IMG/VR virus record: IMGVR_UViG_3300025635_000039
Coordinates: 1 to 43,303 of that record
Reading direction: 5' to 3' (one strand)
DNA from: a virus
Taxonomy: Duplodnaviria > Caudoviricetes
DNA length: 43,303 bases
Position 1 is the first letter of the stretch; every line of letters begins with the position of its first letter. The notes below the pieces were generated by a model. It was not told the DNA's origin. It did no database searches and saw nothing but the letters and a program-made list of their open reading frames with translations. Below, piece by piece: positions 25,707-36,700 of this stretch. The position numbers and the translations under genes were made by a program.

Positions 25707-26123
25707 ATGACTCCTATCGTTGAAGCCGCCAGTGGTGTGATGTCCGGGGTGGTCAAACCCATCCTCGACAAGTTCGTAATGGATGCGGATAAGCGGCTTG
25801 AAGCAGAGCAGTTTGCCGCGAAGCAACTCCAAGAACTCAATATCGCACAACTGGAAGTCAATCAAGCCGAAGCAGCAAATCCCAACCTCTTCGTCTCTGG
25901 ATGGAGACCGTTCGTTGGGTGGGTATGCGGGGCCTCATTCGCATACGCGATGATCGGCAACGACATCCTGAATTGTGTTCTTCAGATCACCAGCCAGTAC
26001 ACCGGGAAGAGCGTTCCGAAGCTCCCTGAACCGGATACCACACTGGTCCTTGAGATCCTCTTCGCACTCCTCGGTTTCGGTGGGTTACGCACCTACGAGA
26101 AACTCAGGGGAGCGGCGAAGTAA
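25707..26123 (+). CDS. Holin of the GTA 3TM-holin type
   Basis: SGWRPFVGWVCG and LLGFGGLRTYEK signatures. Confidence 0.8.
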   Translation: MTPIVEAASGVMSGVVKPILDKFVMDADKRLEAEQFAAKQLQELNIAQLEVNQAEAANPNLFVSGWRPFVGWVCGASFAYAMIGNDILNCVLQITSQYTGKSVPKLPEPDTTLVLEILFALLGFGGLRTYEKLRGAAK

Positions 26124-26435
26124 CACCCGCACTGTCACGCTTCACCCGATCTCTACGGAGACTATCGGCTGAGGCGTGAGGCTGTGGTCCGTCAGCCAGA
26201 GCGTCATCCTGGCATCCCTCCACACACCATGCCGGTAGGTCTGCGGGCCACTGTGGGCCTACCGCGCTTCTTCCTGTTGTGACCCCTCGTTAGGGGCACT
26301 TAGGAGAATCCAGCATACATCATACGCCCGATCCCTTGGCCCTCTGCGGAGGACAACCTTGCGGCTACCGCTTTGTGATTTTGCTGTTGTGATTCCCGCC
26401 GTTCCAACCCTCCGATTTAAGGATTCCTACCTCAA

Positions 26436-27404
26436 ATGGCTGATGCAACAGTTTCTAGACTTGGTGAAGTTAACGCGGCTGGTGGTGATAAGTACGAACT
26501 GTTTCTGAAGGTGTTCTCGGGCGAGACGCTCACGGCGTTTGTTCGGTCGAACATCATGTTCAACGGGTCGGCTGATTCCGGTGCGATGCACACGGTTCGC
26601 TCGATCTCTCAGGGTAAGTCGGCGCAGTTCCCGGTCTTCGGACAGGCTGTGGCGAGTTACCACACCCCCGGTGCGGAAATCACCGGACAGCAGATCAAGC
26701 ACGCTGAGAAGACGATCAGCATTGACCAGATTCTCCTGGCCCCGGTCTTCATCGCCCGGATCGACGAAGCGATGAACCACTACGATGTGCGTGCCCCGTA
26801 CTCCGCTGAGTTGGGTCGCGCCCTCGCGAAGCAGGCTGACAAGAATCTCATTCAGTTGACGATCCTTGCTGCCCGCGCCTCCGCGACGATCACTGGCGGG
26901 AACGGTGGTTCGACCCTGACCAACGCCGGTTACGAGACGACCCCGGACACACTGGCCCAGGGTATCTACGATGCCGGTCAGGCAATGGATGAGAAGGACG
27001 TGCCTGAGGAAGACCGCTTCTGCATTCTTCGCCCGGCCCAGTACAACCTCCTGGTGCAGGCAAGCAAGTCGCTGAACCGGGACTTCAACGCCAGCTATGA
27101 TAACGGGACATTCGCGCAGGGGAAGATCTTCAAGATCAACGGTATTCAGATCAAGAAGTCGAACAACCTGCCGAGTTCCGTGATCAATGCGGCGACTGGT
27201 GAGAACAACACCTACAGCGGCACCTTCACGAACACGATGGGCGTGGTCTTCCACAAGTCCGCCGTGGGTACCGTGAAGTTGCTGGACCTGGCTATGGAGT
27301 CGGAATACGACATCCGGCGTCAGGGCACGTTGTTCGTGGCAAAGTACGCCATGGGCCACGGTGTCCTTCGTCCTGAAGCTGCGGTTGAATTGAAGAAGGC
27401 ATAG
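26436..27404 (+). CDS. Major capsid protein (T7 gp10-like)
   Basis: LFLKVFSGE, GKSAQFP, YDVRAPYSAELGRALA, AMGHGVLRPE. Confidence 0.97.
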   Translation: MADATVSRLGEVNAAGGDKYELFLKVFSGETLTAFVRSNIMFNGSADSGAMHTVRSISQGKSAQFPVFGQAVASYHTPGAEITGQQIKHAEKTISIDQILLAPVFIARIDEAMNHYDVRAPYSAELGRALAKQADKNLIQLTILAARASATITGGNGGSTLTNAGYETTPDTLAQGIYDAGQAMDEKDVPEEDRFCILRPAQYNLLVQASKSLNRDFNASYDNGTFAQGKIFKINGIQIKKSNNLPSSVINAATGENNTYSGTFTNTMGVVFHKSAVGTVKLLDLAMESEYDIRRQGTLFVAKYAMGHGVLRPEAAVELKKA

Positions 27405-27427
27405 TAGCGATCCTACTGTGCTTCTAT

Positions 27428-27468
27428 TGGGGTAGTCCTGGTGATCCTGGGGCTACCCCATTTTCTTT
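27428..27468 (+). terminator. T-phi-like terminator after the capsid gene
   Basis: TGGGGTAGTCC...GGGCTACCCCA followed by TTTTCTTT. Confidence 0.8.
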
Positions 27469-27482
27469 AGAAGGAATAACGC

Positions 27483-28061
27483 ATGGCACTGATGACCCAG
27501 TTAGAAGCCGTCAACATCGCCCTCAAGACCATCGGAGAAGCCCCCGTCAATACACTCTCGGGCACACTCCCGGTTGACGTGTCAACGGCTGTCTCGACGC
27601 TTGATGAGGTTCGCCGGAAGATCAACGAGAAGGGGTGGAATTACAACACCGAAGATGACGTGGAGACTTCCCTGGATGGGAACAGCGAAGTGGTGCTGGC
27701 GGCGAACGTCGTGAAGTGTAAGATGACGTACCCCAACAGCGGCGTGAACGCTGTCCAGCGCGGTACACGGCTCTACGATAAGAAGAACCACACCTACGTC
27801 TTCGCAGAAGCCCCACACCTCGACATCACCTATCACCTCGATTGGGACGAACTCCCCGAAGCGGCCCGCTCTTACATTGCGTACCGCGCGGCCCGCATCT
27901 TCCAGGCACGGCACATGGGCGCACCGGAACTTGACCAGTACGCTACTCGGGAAGAGCTTGATGCCCTAGCTGCGCTGAAGGCCAGCAACACGCAGACCTC
28001 TCGCCCGAACATCTTTCAAAGCCCGGAGATGTCCCGCTTCTATCGCTATCGGAGACCCTAA
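27483..28061 (+). CDS. Tail tubular protein A (T7 gp11-like)
   Basis: LEAVNIALKTIGEAPVNTL, GWNYNTE, LPEAARSYI. Confidence 0.93.
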   Translation: MALMTQLEAVNIALKTIGEAPVNTLSGTLPVDVSTAVSTLDEVRRKINEKGWNYNTEDDVETSLDGNSEVVLAANVVKCKMTYPNSGVNAVQRGTRLYDKKNHTYVFAEAPHLDITYHLDWDELPEAARSYIAYRAARIFQARHMGAPELDQYATREELDALAALKASNTQTSRPNIFQSPEMSRFYRYRRP

Positions 28062-30433
28062 TGCTAGTCAGTAAAGCGATCCCGAACCTCGTGAACGGGG
28101 TGTCTCAACAACCCGACTCGCTCCGTCTTCCATCACAAGCAGAGCTACAGCAGAACCTTTACCCCTCCGTGGTTGAAGGGTTGATGGACCGCCCCCCGGC
28201 AGAGCATATCGCCAAGATCTACACCGGGACTGCCGGGAACAGTCACCTCCACATCATCAATCGTGATGCCGTCGAGCGGTATGCCGTGTTAATTCGCAAC
28301 GGTTCCATTACAGTCCACGATCTTGATGGAAATGTGAAGACTGTTACCACCCCGGACGGGACAGCATACCTCACCACCACAACCCCGAAAACGTCCATAA
28401 AAGCCCTGACCGTGGCTGATTACACTTTTATTCTGAATACAGAAATAGTGGCCGCTATGCTGGGGACGACAACAGCAGCGAGACCAAAAGAGGGTCTTGT
28501 GTTCGTGAAGGCGGGGAATTACGGGAGTGATTACAAGGTCTATATTGACGATGTGCAGCGTGCCATTAAAACCACATCGACAACATCTGTTACAGATATT
28601 GCAACAAATAGCATCGCAGCAGACCTTGAGGCGGATCTCGTGGGTGCCCTCGGTGCGGGTTGGACGATTGCCCGTTCAGGATCGGTCATCTCGATTGTCA
28701 AGACATCGGGGGATTTCAAACTGAGGGTAGAGGATTCCCAAGGTGGGGCCTCACTCCTGGCATTCAAGGATGGTGTGCAGAGTTTCTCCTCTTTACCGAC
28801 TGTGGCCCCGGATGGGTTTGAGATTAAAGTCACCGGAGACGGTAACAGTCAGAGTGATGACCACTACATCACTTTCGTTCCGTCCACAACCGGGGAGACG
28901 TTCGGTTCGGGGACGTGGCAGGAAACCGTTGCTCAAGGGGTACCCTATCAGATCAACCCCGCAACCATGCCACATCTACTAGTCCGCAATGGGGACGGGA
29001 CGTTCACCTTTAAGGAAGCGGATTGGGACGCTATCTCAGTTGGAGATACAAATACCGTACCGGAACGGAGTTTCATTGGGCACACCATCAACGATGTATT
29101 CTTCTTCAAGAATCGTCTTGGTCTCCTGGCAAACGATGGGGTGATCATGAGTGGGGTCGGGGCCTACTTCAACTTCTTCCCCTCCACGGTGACAACGGTG
29201 GTTGACGATGACCCTATCGACTACACCGTCAGTCATACGAAGGTTTCTGTGTTGAAGCACGCGGTACCATTCGATGAGAAGGTTGTATTGCTCTCGGATC
29301 AGACGCAGTTCATTATGCAAGGTACACCGGCTCTCACCGCGAAAACCATTCAAGTCAACGCCACTACGGAGTTTACCAGTATCCCCACCTGTAAGCCGGT
29401 GGGTATCGGGAAGAACGTCTACTTCGCTGTGCCGCGTGGTACGTACAACGGGGTACGTGAGTACTTCATCAATCAGACGACCGCCACCAAAGACGCGGTG
29501 GATATCACCGGGCATGTTCCGAAGTATATCCCCGACGAAACCTTCCGACTCATGGCATCAACCTCTGAGGACATCCTGATCGCGCTGACCTCCGGGGCAC
29601 CTGAGGAGATGTACCTCTATAAGTACTTCTACTCCAACGACGAGAAGCTCCAAAGTGCCTGGTGCAAGTTCGTCATGGGTGGTGCCGGGACCGTGGTGAT
29701 CGGCGGTGATTTCATCCAGGCCGTGCTCTACTACGCCGTGCAGCGGATCGATGGTGTGTACTTGGAGAAGATGAACTTCGCGCCGGGTCTCACTGACCCC
29801 GATGTCAACTTCCTCACGCACTACGACCGACGTATTACCGAAGCGGAGTGTAGTGTGAGCTATAACGCTGGGACCAACGAGACGACCTGGACCGTGCCTT
29901 ATCAGATCGACGGTACGATGAAGGTGGTGACCCGAACGACCAACCCCGGTCAGGTCATCCCGCTCACGTACCAAAGTGGGAGCACACTCAAAGCCTCGGG
30001 GAACTACAGTACAACCACCGTCTATATCGGGCAGACGTACACTCGACGTAATGTCTTCAGCAAGTTCTTCTACCGGGAAGAGACCAAGCAGGGGCAAGCG
30101 ATTGTCGCGGCTGGCCGGTTGCAGATCCGCACGCTCACACTCATGTACTCCGATACGGGGACATTTACGGTGACCGTGACGCAGGACTACCGCGATCCGA
30201 ATTCCTACGTGGAGTACCGCGACCCGCAGGACGCGGCTTTTACCGGGCGTGTGCTCGGGGCTGGTTCCAATCTACTTGGCGCGGTGGCTCTGGCAAGTGG
30301 GGAGTTCTCATGCCCAGTGTGGGCACAGAACGACAAGGTAACCATTGAGGTGTCCAGTGACAGCTTCCTCCCCATGCACTTACTGAGTGCGGAGTGGGAG
30401 GGTTTCTACCATTCGAGGAGTAGGAGAATCTGA
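28061..30433 (+). CDS. Tail tubular protein B (T7 gp12-like)
   Basis: IPNLVNGVSQQPD, TMPHLLVR, FFKNRLG, DITGHVPKYI, AEWEG. Confidence 0.95.
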   Translation: MLVSKAIPNLVNGVSQQPDSLRLPSQAELQQNLYPSVVEGLMDRPPAEHIAKIYTGTAGNSHLHIINRDAVERYAVLIRNGSITVHDLDGNVKTVTTPDGTAYLTTTTPKTSIKALTVADYTFILNTEIVAAMLGTTTAARPKEGLVFVKAGNYGSDYKVYIDDVQRAIKTTSTTSVTDIATNSIAADLEADLVGALGAGWTIARSGSVISIVKTSGDFKLRVEDSQGGASLLAFKDGVQSFSSLPTVAPDGFEIKVTGDGNSQSDDHYITFVPSTTGETFGSGTWQETVAQGVPYQINPATMPHLLVRNGDGTFTFKEADWDAISVGDTNTVPERSFIGHTINDVFFFKNRLGLLANDGVIMSGVGAYFNFFPSTVTTVVDDDPIDYTVSHTKVSVLKHAVPFDEKVVLLSDQTQFIMQGTPALTAKTIQVNATTEFTSIPTCKPVGIGKNVYFAVPRGTYNGVREYFINQTTATKDAVDITGHVPKYIPDETFRLMASTSEDILIALTSGAPEEMYLYKYFYSNDEKLQSAWCKFVMGGAGTVVIGGDFIQAVLYYAVQRIDGVYLEKMNFAPGLTDPDVNFLTHYDRRITEAECSVSYNAGTNETTWTVPYQIDGTMKVVTRTTNPGQVIPLTYQSGSTLKASGNYSTTTVYIGQTYTRRNVFSKFFYREETKQGQAIVAAGRLQIRTLTLMYSDTGTFTVTVTQDYRDPNSYVEYRDPQDAAFTGRVLGAGSNLLGAVALASGEFSCPVWAQNDKVTIEVSSDSFLPMHLLSAEWEGFYHSRSRRI

Positions 30434-30904
30434 TTGGCATATGTGCGGGGATGTCTGGACGGAGATGCGGACTACATTGCTTCACGCCTTAGGACAGCAG
30501 ACAGACAGGAGATTGCTGCGAATAGCGGCCTACCTCCGCGCGATGCGATTCAGAGATGCACCGATGCCTCTGTGATTCTCTGTACCGTCGTGGGATGCTC
30601 GGGTAGACCATGTGCAGTATTTGGGGTTGTTCCGTGCGGTCCTATCACCGGGTGCATCTGGTTACTGGGCACGGATGAACTCGTCTCACCCCCGGTACGC
30701 CGTCAATTCATCGCTGAAGGTCGTGTGTGGCTAGATCGGCTCCACGACTTTCGGCCCCTCCTCTTCAATTTCGTAGACGAGCGTAACACCCTCCATATCC
30801 GCTGGCTCAAGTGGGTGGGGTGTACGTTCATCAATAGACACCCAACATACGGTCATGAAGCAAGGCCGTTCTTAGAGTTTGTGAGGGTGAGACAGCATGT
30901 GTGA
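30434..30904 (+). CDS. T7 gp13-like virion assembly protein (GNAT-like)
   Basis: LRTADRQE, IWLLGTD, NFVDERNTLHIRWLKWVG; position after gp12. Confidence 0.82.
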   Translation: MAYVRGCLDGDADYIASRLRTADRQEIAANSGLPPRDAIQRCTDASVILCTVVGCSGRPCAVFGVVPCGPITGCIWLLGTDELVSPPVRRQFIAEGRVWLDRLHDFRPLLFNFVDERNTLHIRWLKWVGCTFINRHPTYGHEARPFLEFVRVRQHV

Positions 30905-31520
30905 CTTCGGTATTACAGAATCCCTTATTGCGGCATCGCTCGTGGTGTCGGCGGCGTCTGCATCGGCCTCGATCATCGGGCAGCAACAGCAGGTAGCCGC
31001 CCAGCAAGCGTACCAGGGTAACCTCGTTGCGGCCAATAAGACACAGGCCGCACAGAACCGGGAGATTGCAACGAAGGCGTACCTTGATCAGGCTACGCAA
31101 GCGAATCAGGCCCTATCAGAATCCCGCCAAGCAGCCGCCGAATCTAACTTCGACACACAACGCCAAGGGCTTGAGGCGCGTGGTGCGGTGAAAGCAGCGG
31201 CAGCGGAGGGCGGGGTAACCGGCGTGTCGCTCTACGGTCTTCTTGATGACTTTCACCGTCAAGAAGCGATGTTCAAATCCCGTAACGACAGTAACCTGCT
31301 GATGAAACAGCAAGCAACCGCTACGTCAATCCGATCCATGCAGACCCAGGCTGAGGGTCGCATCGCTCAGATTCAACCGTACACACCCTCGCCCACTCAA
31401 AGCGTGGATTACCTCGGGCCGATCCTGGGTGTGGCACAGACTGGCATCAACGCGGGTATGAATTATAAATACGGGGCCAATAATGGTTCCCGTATCCGCG
31501 ACACTTCACGCATCTTCTAA
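30897..31520 (+). CDS. Internal virion protein (T7 gp14-like)
   Basis: MC start, Ala/Gln-rich, GVTGVS motif, synteny. Confidence 0.8.
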   Translation: MCDFGITESLIAASLVVSAASASASIIGQQQQVAAQQAYQGNLVAANKTQAAQNREIATKAYLDQATQANQALSESRQAAAESNFDTQRQGLEARGAVKAAAAEGGVTGVSLYGLLDDFHRQEAMFKSRNDSNLLMKQQATATSIRSMQTQAEGRIAQIQPYTPSPTQSVDYLGPILGVAQTGINAGMNYKYGANNGSRIRDTSRIF

Positions 31521-31541
31521 ATCAGAAAGGCACGAACACGT

Positions 31542-33767
31542 ATGGCAGAACAAAAGAGGCAAGCTGTCCCAGGTCTCGGGGCACTTCCGCAGTTACAGCC
31601 CCAAGCTCGCCCCATCGACACCTACGTGCGGCCTGGGGAAGCGGAGTTTGGAAAGCCCGTACAGACCAACCCCTTCCTTCAACTCAGTCACGCTCTCTCC
31701 CAACTAGAACCGACGCTTCAGCGCGGAACCGTGATGGCTGCGGAACAGTACGGGGCTGAGGAAGCGGCGAAGGGTGAGCAGGAGTTCTGGCAGAATCGCG
31801 AGAAGTGGAATGCGCTGATTAAGAGCGGGGAGGTTCCAGCAGGAGCTTCCCCGTACTTCACGCGGGGACTTCAGCGGGCCTACGTCAAGCAACTCGGGGC
31901 GAACTATCAGGCGGAACTTGAAGCGGCCTTCTACGGCCCCGATGGGGAAGCCGCCCGGAACTCTGATAAGCCCGAGGTGATGGTTGACCTTATGAACAAG
32001 GTCCGCCAGGACTTCAGCGAGAAGAACCTAATGAAGGGTGGTCAGCCTCTCTTCCAGAACCTCGATCTTCAGGAGGTCTTCAACCCACTGGCCGAGCAGG
32101 GCTACCGCTCGATGATGCAGCAGCACGCCTCGTACCGGGTGCAAGCCCGCGAGAAGCAGTACGAAGCTGCGGCCAGTACGCAAATCGGTGGGGTGATGGA
32201 TACCCTCGCCTGGAATAACCCCGGCACCCTCGACAACGAAACACAGACGGGCCTCTACAAAAACGCCGCACAGCGCATCAACGACGTACTTTACAACCCG
32301 GACAATGGCCCGGTACCGAACGGGATGCTGGCAGCGAAAGCAAATCAGGTGCTTGTCGATACCGTGGTTGCGAAAGTGGTGGCATCCGGTGACAAGTCTC
32401 TGCTGGGTGTCCTTGATTATGTGACGAATAAGCAGGGTGCGCCTATCGGGAAGACGCAGTACGCGATCACCAAGCGCACGGAAGCTGAAGAACACCTGAC
32501 CAGTCTCGCAATCCGGCAGGAGCAGTTCCAACACTGGAAGGACGGCCTGGGCTTCGAGGCACGAAGCCGCGCACATACTGAGCAATCGTGGGCACAGTCC
32601 GACGCACAGTGGGAACGCACGGTCGAAACCTGGGCCAAACAAGATCGCACACAGGACCAGGACACCATCATCGATACGCTGGCTATGCGGATCTTCGACG
32701 GTCTCCGCCGATCAGATCCGAAGCAGGGGCAGACGATCATTGACGACGCGATTGCCCGCGCAGAGAAGGTGGACTGGAAAGCCGCCGAACACCTCCGCAA
32801 GCTCGTCCACACGATCACCAAGCAGAAGTCCGACTACGAAGACGATCCCACAACCGTCGCCCTCACCCGCATGGACATCACCACGAATCCCCTTGGGTTT
32901 AACCCGAGTCGGCTGGCGAATGCGGTGAAGGAACAGAAGATGAAAGCATCGACGGCGATGCAGATGTTTGACGACCTGGACCGCAACCGGCAGAACGGCG
33001 ATCACCCGTTCCTCAGGCAACCGTTCTTTCACTCCATGATGGATGAAGTCAAGAAGTCCATGGCCGACAAGTTGGGTGATGACCAGTTCGGAGAAGGAGC
33101 GATCCGCGCCGGGAACGCCACCGAAGAGATGCGCGATGAAGCCGTGGAGTGGATCAGGGCTAACCCGCAGGGTACCCCCGAGGGATTCCGTAAGTATCTC
33201 CGGTCGATCAAGGATGATGTCATCCAGCGGAACAACGCGAACTACGGGGCTGAGGTCAAGCAGAAGGGTGCTGACCAGACGAAGAAGGGTGAGTTCATCC
33301 GCGATTCGACGGTGGCTGCTGAAGGTGAGAAGCGGCAGAAGGAAGCGGATAAGCAAGCCGAAACCCGCACGAAACAAGATCAGCAGAAACAAGAGCAGGA
33401 GACTCAGCGGCTACGTAAGGAGTCTCTCCAAAAAGACGTTGAGATGTTCAAGAGTGCGGCGGATACCGGCCAGAGAACCGGCGAGGGGAGGAAGATCCTC
33501 AAGCTGAGTGATGGCCGCATCGCTACCGAGCGGAACATTACCGTTATGGACAAGCGAATCAATGACGGGAGACCTACGAACATCCCCTCGATCTATGACG
33601 GGAAACTTGTGACGCAGGAAGAGGCTATCAGGATCATCGAGAAGAACGGCGGTGTCGATCCCGATACCGGAAGAAAACTGAAGGGATACTACAGCCTAAC
33701 CGATGCTGAGATTGCGGCGCGTGAGCGTTCCGCCCGTCTCGGTAAAGAGTATGGGGGAAATAGATAG
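31542..33767 (+). CDS. Internal virion / ejection protein (T7 gp15-like)
   Basis: Synteny, size, helical composition, QPQARPIDTYVRP N-terminus. Confidence 0.75.
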   Translation: MAEQKRQAVPGLGALPQLQPQARPIDTYVRPGEAEFGKPVQTNPFLQLSHALSQLEPTLQRGTVMAAEQYGAEEAAKGEQEFWQNREKWNALIKSGEVPAGASPYFTRGLQRAYVKQLGANYQAELEAAFYGPDGEAARNSDKPEVMVDLMNKVRQDFSEKNLMKGGQPLFQNLDLQEVFNPLAEQGYRSMMQQHASYRVQAREKQYEAAASTQIGGVMDTLAWNNPGTLDNETQTGLYKNAAQRINDVLYNPDNGPVPNGMLAAKANQVLVDTVVAKVVASGDKSLLGVLDYVTNKQGAPIGKTQYAITKRTEAEEHLTSLAIRQEQFQHWKDGLGFEARSRAHTEQSWAQSDAQWERTVETWAKQDRTQDQDTIIDTLAMRIFDGLRRSDPKQGQTIIDDAIARAEKVDWKAAEHLRKLVHTITKQKSDYEDDPTTVALTRMDITTNPLGFNPSRLANAVKEQKMKASTAMQMFDDLDRNRQNGDHPFLRQPFFHSMMDEVKKSMADKLGDDQFGEGAIRAGNATEEMRDEAVEWIRANPQGTPEGFRKYLRSIKDDVIQRNNANYGAEVKQKGADQTKKGEFIRDSTVAAEGEKRQKEADKQAETRTKQDQQKQEQETQRLRKESLQKDVEMFKSAADTGQRTGEGRKILKLSDGRIATERNITVMDKRINDGRPTNIPSIYDGKLVTQEEAIRIIEKNGGVDPDTGRKLKGYYSLTDAEIAARERSARLGKEYGGNR

Positions 33768-33769
33768 GC

Positions 33770-36700
33770 ATGTCGATGGATGAGTACGGGGTTGAGGCGG
33801 GGGCTGCGGCTTCTACGCCCGATGTCAGTTCAGTGAATGTTGACCCAGCACAGGTTCCCAGCGAACGGCCCGCAGAGGAACCTAACCCGGACGGGAATCT
33901 CGGTACGGATATTCTGTATCGTGGTCTCGTGGGTGGGGCCGAGCAAGCGGCACGCGGTACGTACTCCACGGTGAAAGCCGTAGGTGATGCCGTAGGAGCC
34001 AAGCTGCCGGATCTCCCCGAGGAATCGCTGGTGGAAGCCCCCGAGGGTATTGCGGGGCAGATCACTCGGGATGTCACACAGTTTGGTCTCGGGTTTATCG
34101 GCGGGATGAACCTACTGAAGATCGGTGGGATGGCGACGAAGCTCCCCGCCGTGGCGAAGGAAATCTTGGCTTCGGGTATCGGAACCGGGGTGGTCGCTGA
34201 TCCGACTGCCCCGCGACTCTCGAACCTGATTCAGAAGTACCCATTCCTTGAGAACCCCGTTACGGAGTACCTCGCACAGGACGACAAGGACGGGGTGGGC
34301 GAGAGCAAGTTCAAAGCCGCGCTCGAAGACATGATGATGACGCCCGCCGCGCTGGTCCTCTTCAAGACCGTGAAGGCTCTGAAGAACGCCCTCAAGGGGA
34401 ACGGCGATGAAGCCACGAAGCTCTCTGATGAGATCCTTCAGGATGCACGCGGCGTCAACAGCATGGATGACGCTCTCGAAGTCCCTGAGGTAAAGGTCAC
34501 CCCGGAGAACGCCGCACCGGATCTCGTTGAAGACGTAGTAAAGCCTGCGGTGGAGATCACATCCCCCAGCGGGAAGGTGATGTTCAAGCTGTCTGATGAT
34601 GAGTCGAAGGCGTTCGACGCACACTTGAATTACATCGTCAGCAACGGACACCTGGAAGACGTGTTCAACTTCCCGGCGTTCAAGTCGTTTAACGCCGCAC
34701 GATCCGAAGCCATGCCTGAGACGCAGGAGATGCTCGATGGTCTCGTGCAATACATCAAGCCGAAGCTCGATGGCAAGATGGGTGCAGTTAAGCAACACGC
34801 TGAGGTCGAGAAGTTTGCAGATCTCCTACAGGAAGATCCCAAGGTGCTCTACGCCCGGTTGCAGCAGTCAGCGAAGGTCGCTCAAGACCTCGACGCAACC
34901 ATCGTCGCCGCCAAGGGTCTCACCTACAGCCTCGCCCGAGAGACCCGCGCCCTGGCGACCAAGGTTCACTTCGGGACCGCCACGGCTGAGGACAAAGCCG
35001 CACTAGAACTCTCGCAGCAACGCCTCGCAGATGTCTTCGGGATGACTCTACAGATTCGCAAAGGGGCAGCGCGAGCTACCTCTGCGGGGAAGATCTCGAC
35101 CGGCGAGAGTGATCTCGAAGAGTTGTCCACGATGCTCGCCCTCACGAAGGACGAGAAGGAAGCCCTTGGTGTCCTGAAGGCGAAGACACTCCTTGGGAAG
35201 CTGATCGACGCCCACAACGAAATCTGGATCAACGGTATCCTGTCCAGCCCGAAGACCCATGTGGTCAACATCGTGTCGGCAGCTACGCAATCACTCCTGA
35301 TGCCTTTCAATAAGGTTGTTGGTGGGGCGATCCTTCGCGATCCACAGCAGATCCGCGAGGGGTTTGCTCTCTATAACGGACTGCGAACGAACATCTTTGA
35401 TTCAATGGAGATGGCCGCACGGTCCTTCAAAACCGAGAAGGCGATCCTTGATCCGGGGAAGAGTACGGATCAGATGACCGAGAAAGCCGTCGCCATGAGC
35501 GGGGACACTCTCTTCGGGAAGGGCGTCAACTTCCTCGGGACCGTGGCCCGTATTCCGGGGCGGTTCCTGAAGGCGGAAGATGAGTTCTTTAAGCAGATGA
35601 ACTACCGCTCGAAGGTGATGGCCGACGCTTCCAGGGAAGCCTCTGATCTCGTAACGGGCGGGAAGCTCGATCCAAAGAAGATGGTGGATTACACCGATGG
35701 TACCACGACCACCAAGATCAGCGAAGTTGAGAAGTACAAGCTAGATCGGTTCAACGCCGCATTCAGCCCATCGGGTGTTGGTGCGGATGGTGCCGCGCAA
35801 CAGTACGCTCGGGAGGTCACCTTCACGCAAGACCTTAACGGCATCAAGACTTACACCGACTGGGGTAACTTCGGGGCCAGCATCCAGCGGCTCGCGTCAA
35901 GCCACCCATGGTTACGTGGTTCCGTCTTACCGTTCGTTAAGGTTCCCACGAACATCCTCCGTGCAGCGGGTGACTACACCCCGCCCATTGCCGCCTTGAA
36001 GAAGGAGGGCATGGACATCCTGACCGGGGCTGAGACCGATCCGGGGAAAAAGACCGCATTCGTAGGCCGACTCACCACTGGGTCAATGCTCTGGACCTCC
36101 GCAATCATGATGGCCTACGAAGGCCGTATCACCGGGTCAGCCTTCGGGGATAAAGACATGCGGAACCGGCAGATGGAAAGTGGCTGGCAACCGTACAGCA
36201 TCGTCTTCGAGGGCGAGAACGGAAAGAAGGAATACGTGTCTTTCCAGCGTCTTGATCCGGTCGGAATGTTCTTCGGGTTGGCGGCTGACTTTGCCTACCT
36301 CGGTCAACACATCACGGACACTGAGCGCGACAACTGGGCGACATCCGCCGCACTCTCCATTGCGAAGAACTTATCCAGTAAGTCGTACTTACAGGGTGTG
36401 GTTGAAATGGCGTCGATGCTCGGTGGCGGCTACACCGCAGAGGAACAGGCGAAGCGGATGGTACAGATGCGGGCTGCGTCGTACCTCCCGAACTACCTCA
36501 ACCTCTACACCGGGAACGATGAACTGAAGGAGATTCGCTCGGTCACCGATGCGCTGATGGCGAAGACACCCGGCATGTCCTCTCAGGTAGAGGCCAAGCG
36601 AGACTACTTCGGGGAAAAGCGGGTGGCCCCGATGGGGTATCCGTGGAACAACATTGATCCGTTCCCGCAGAGTGAAGAGAAGGACAAGGTTCGCAACGAA

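Noticed and set aside
26427-27359. Long minus-strand ORFs (e.g. 26427-27359, 24733-25515, 4222-4944, 34112-34798)
   Set aside because: Antisense shadows of GC3-biased + strand genes, with no recognisable motifs
27380-27480. T7 gp10B-type frameshift extension of the capsid protein
   Set aside because: No clear slippery site, and little room for an extension before the terminator and the gp11-like gene
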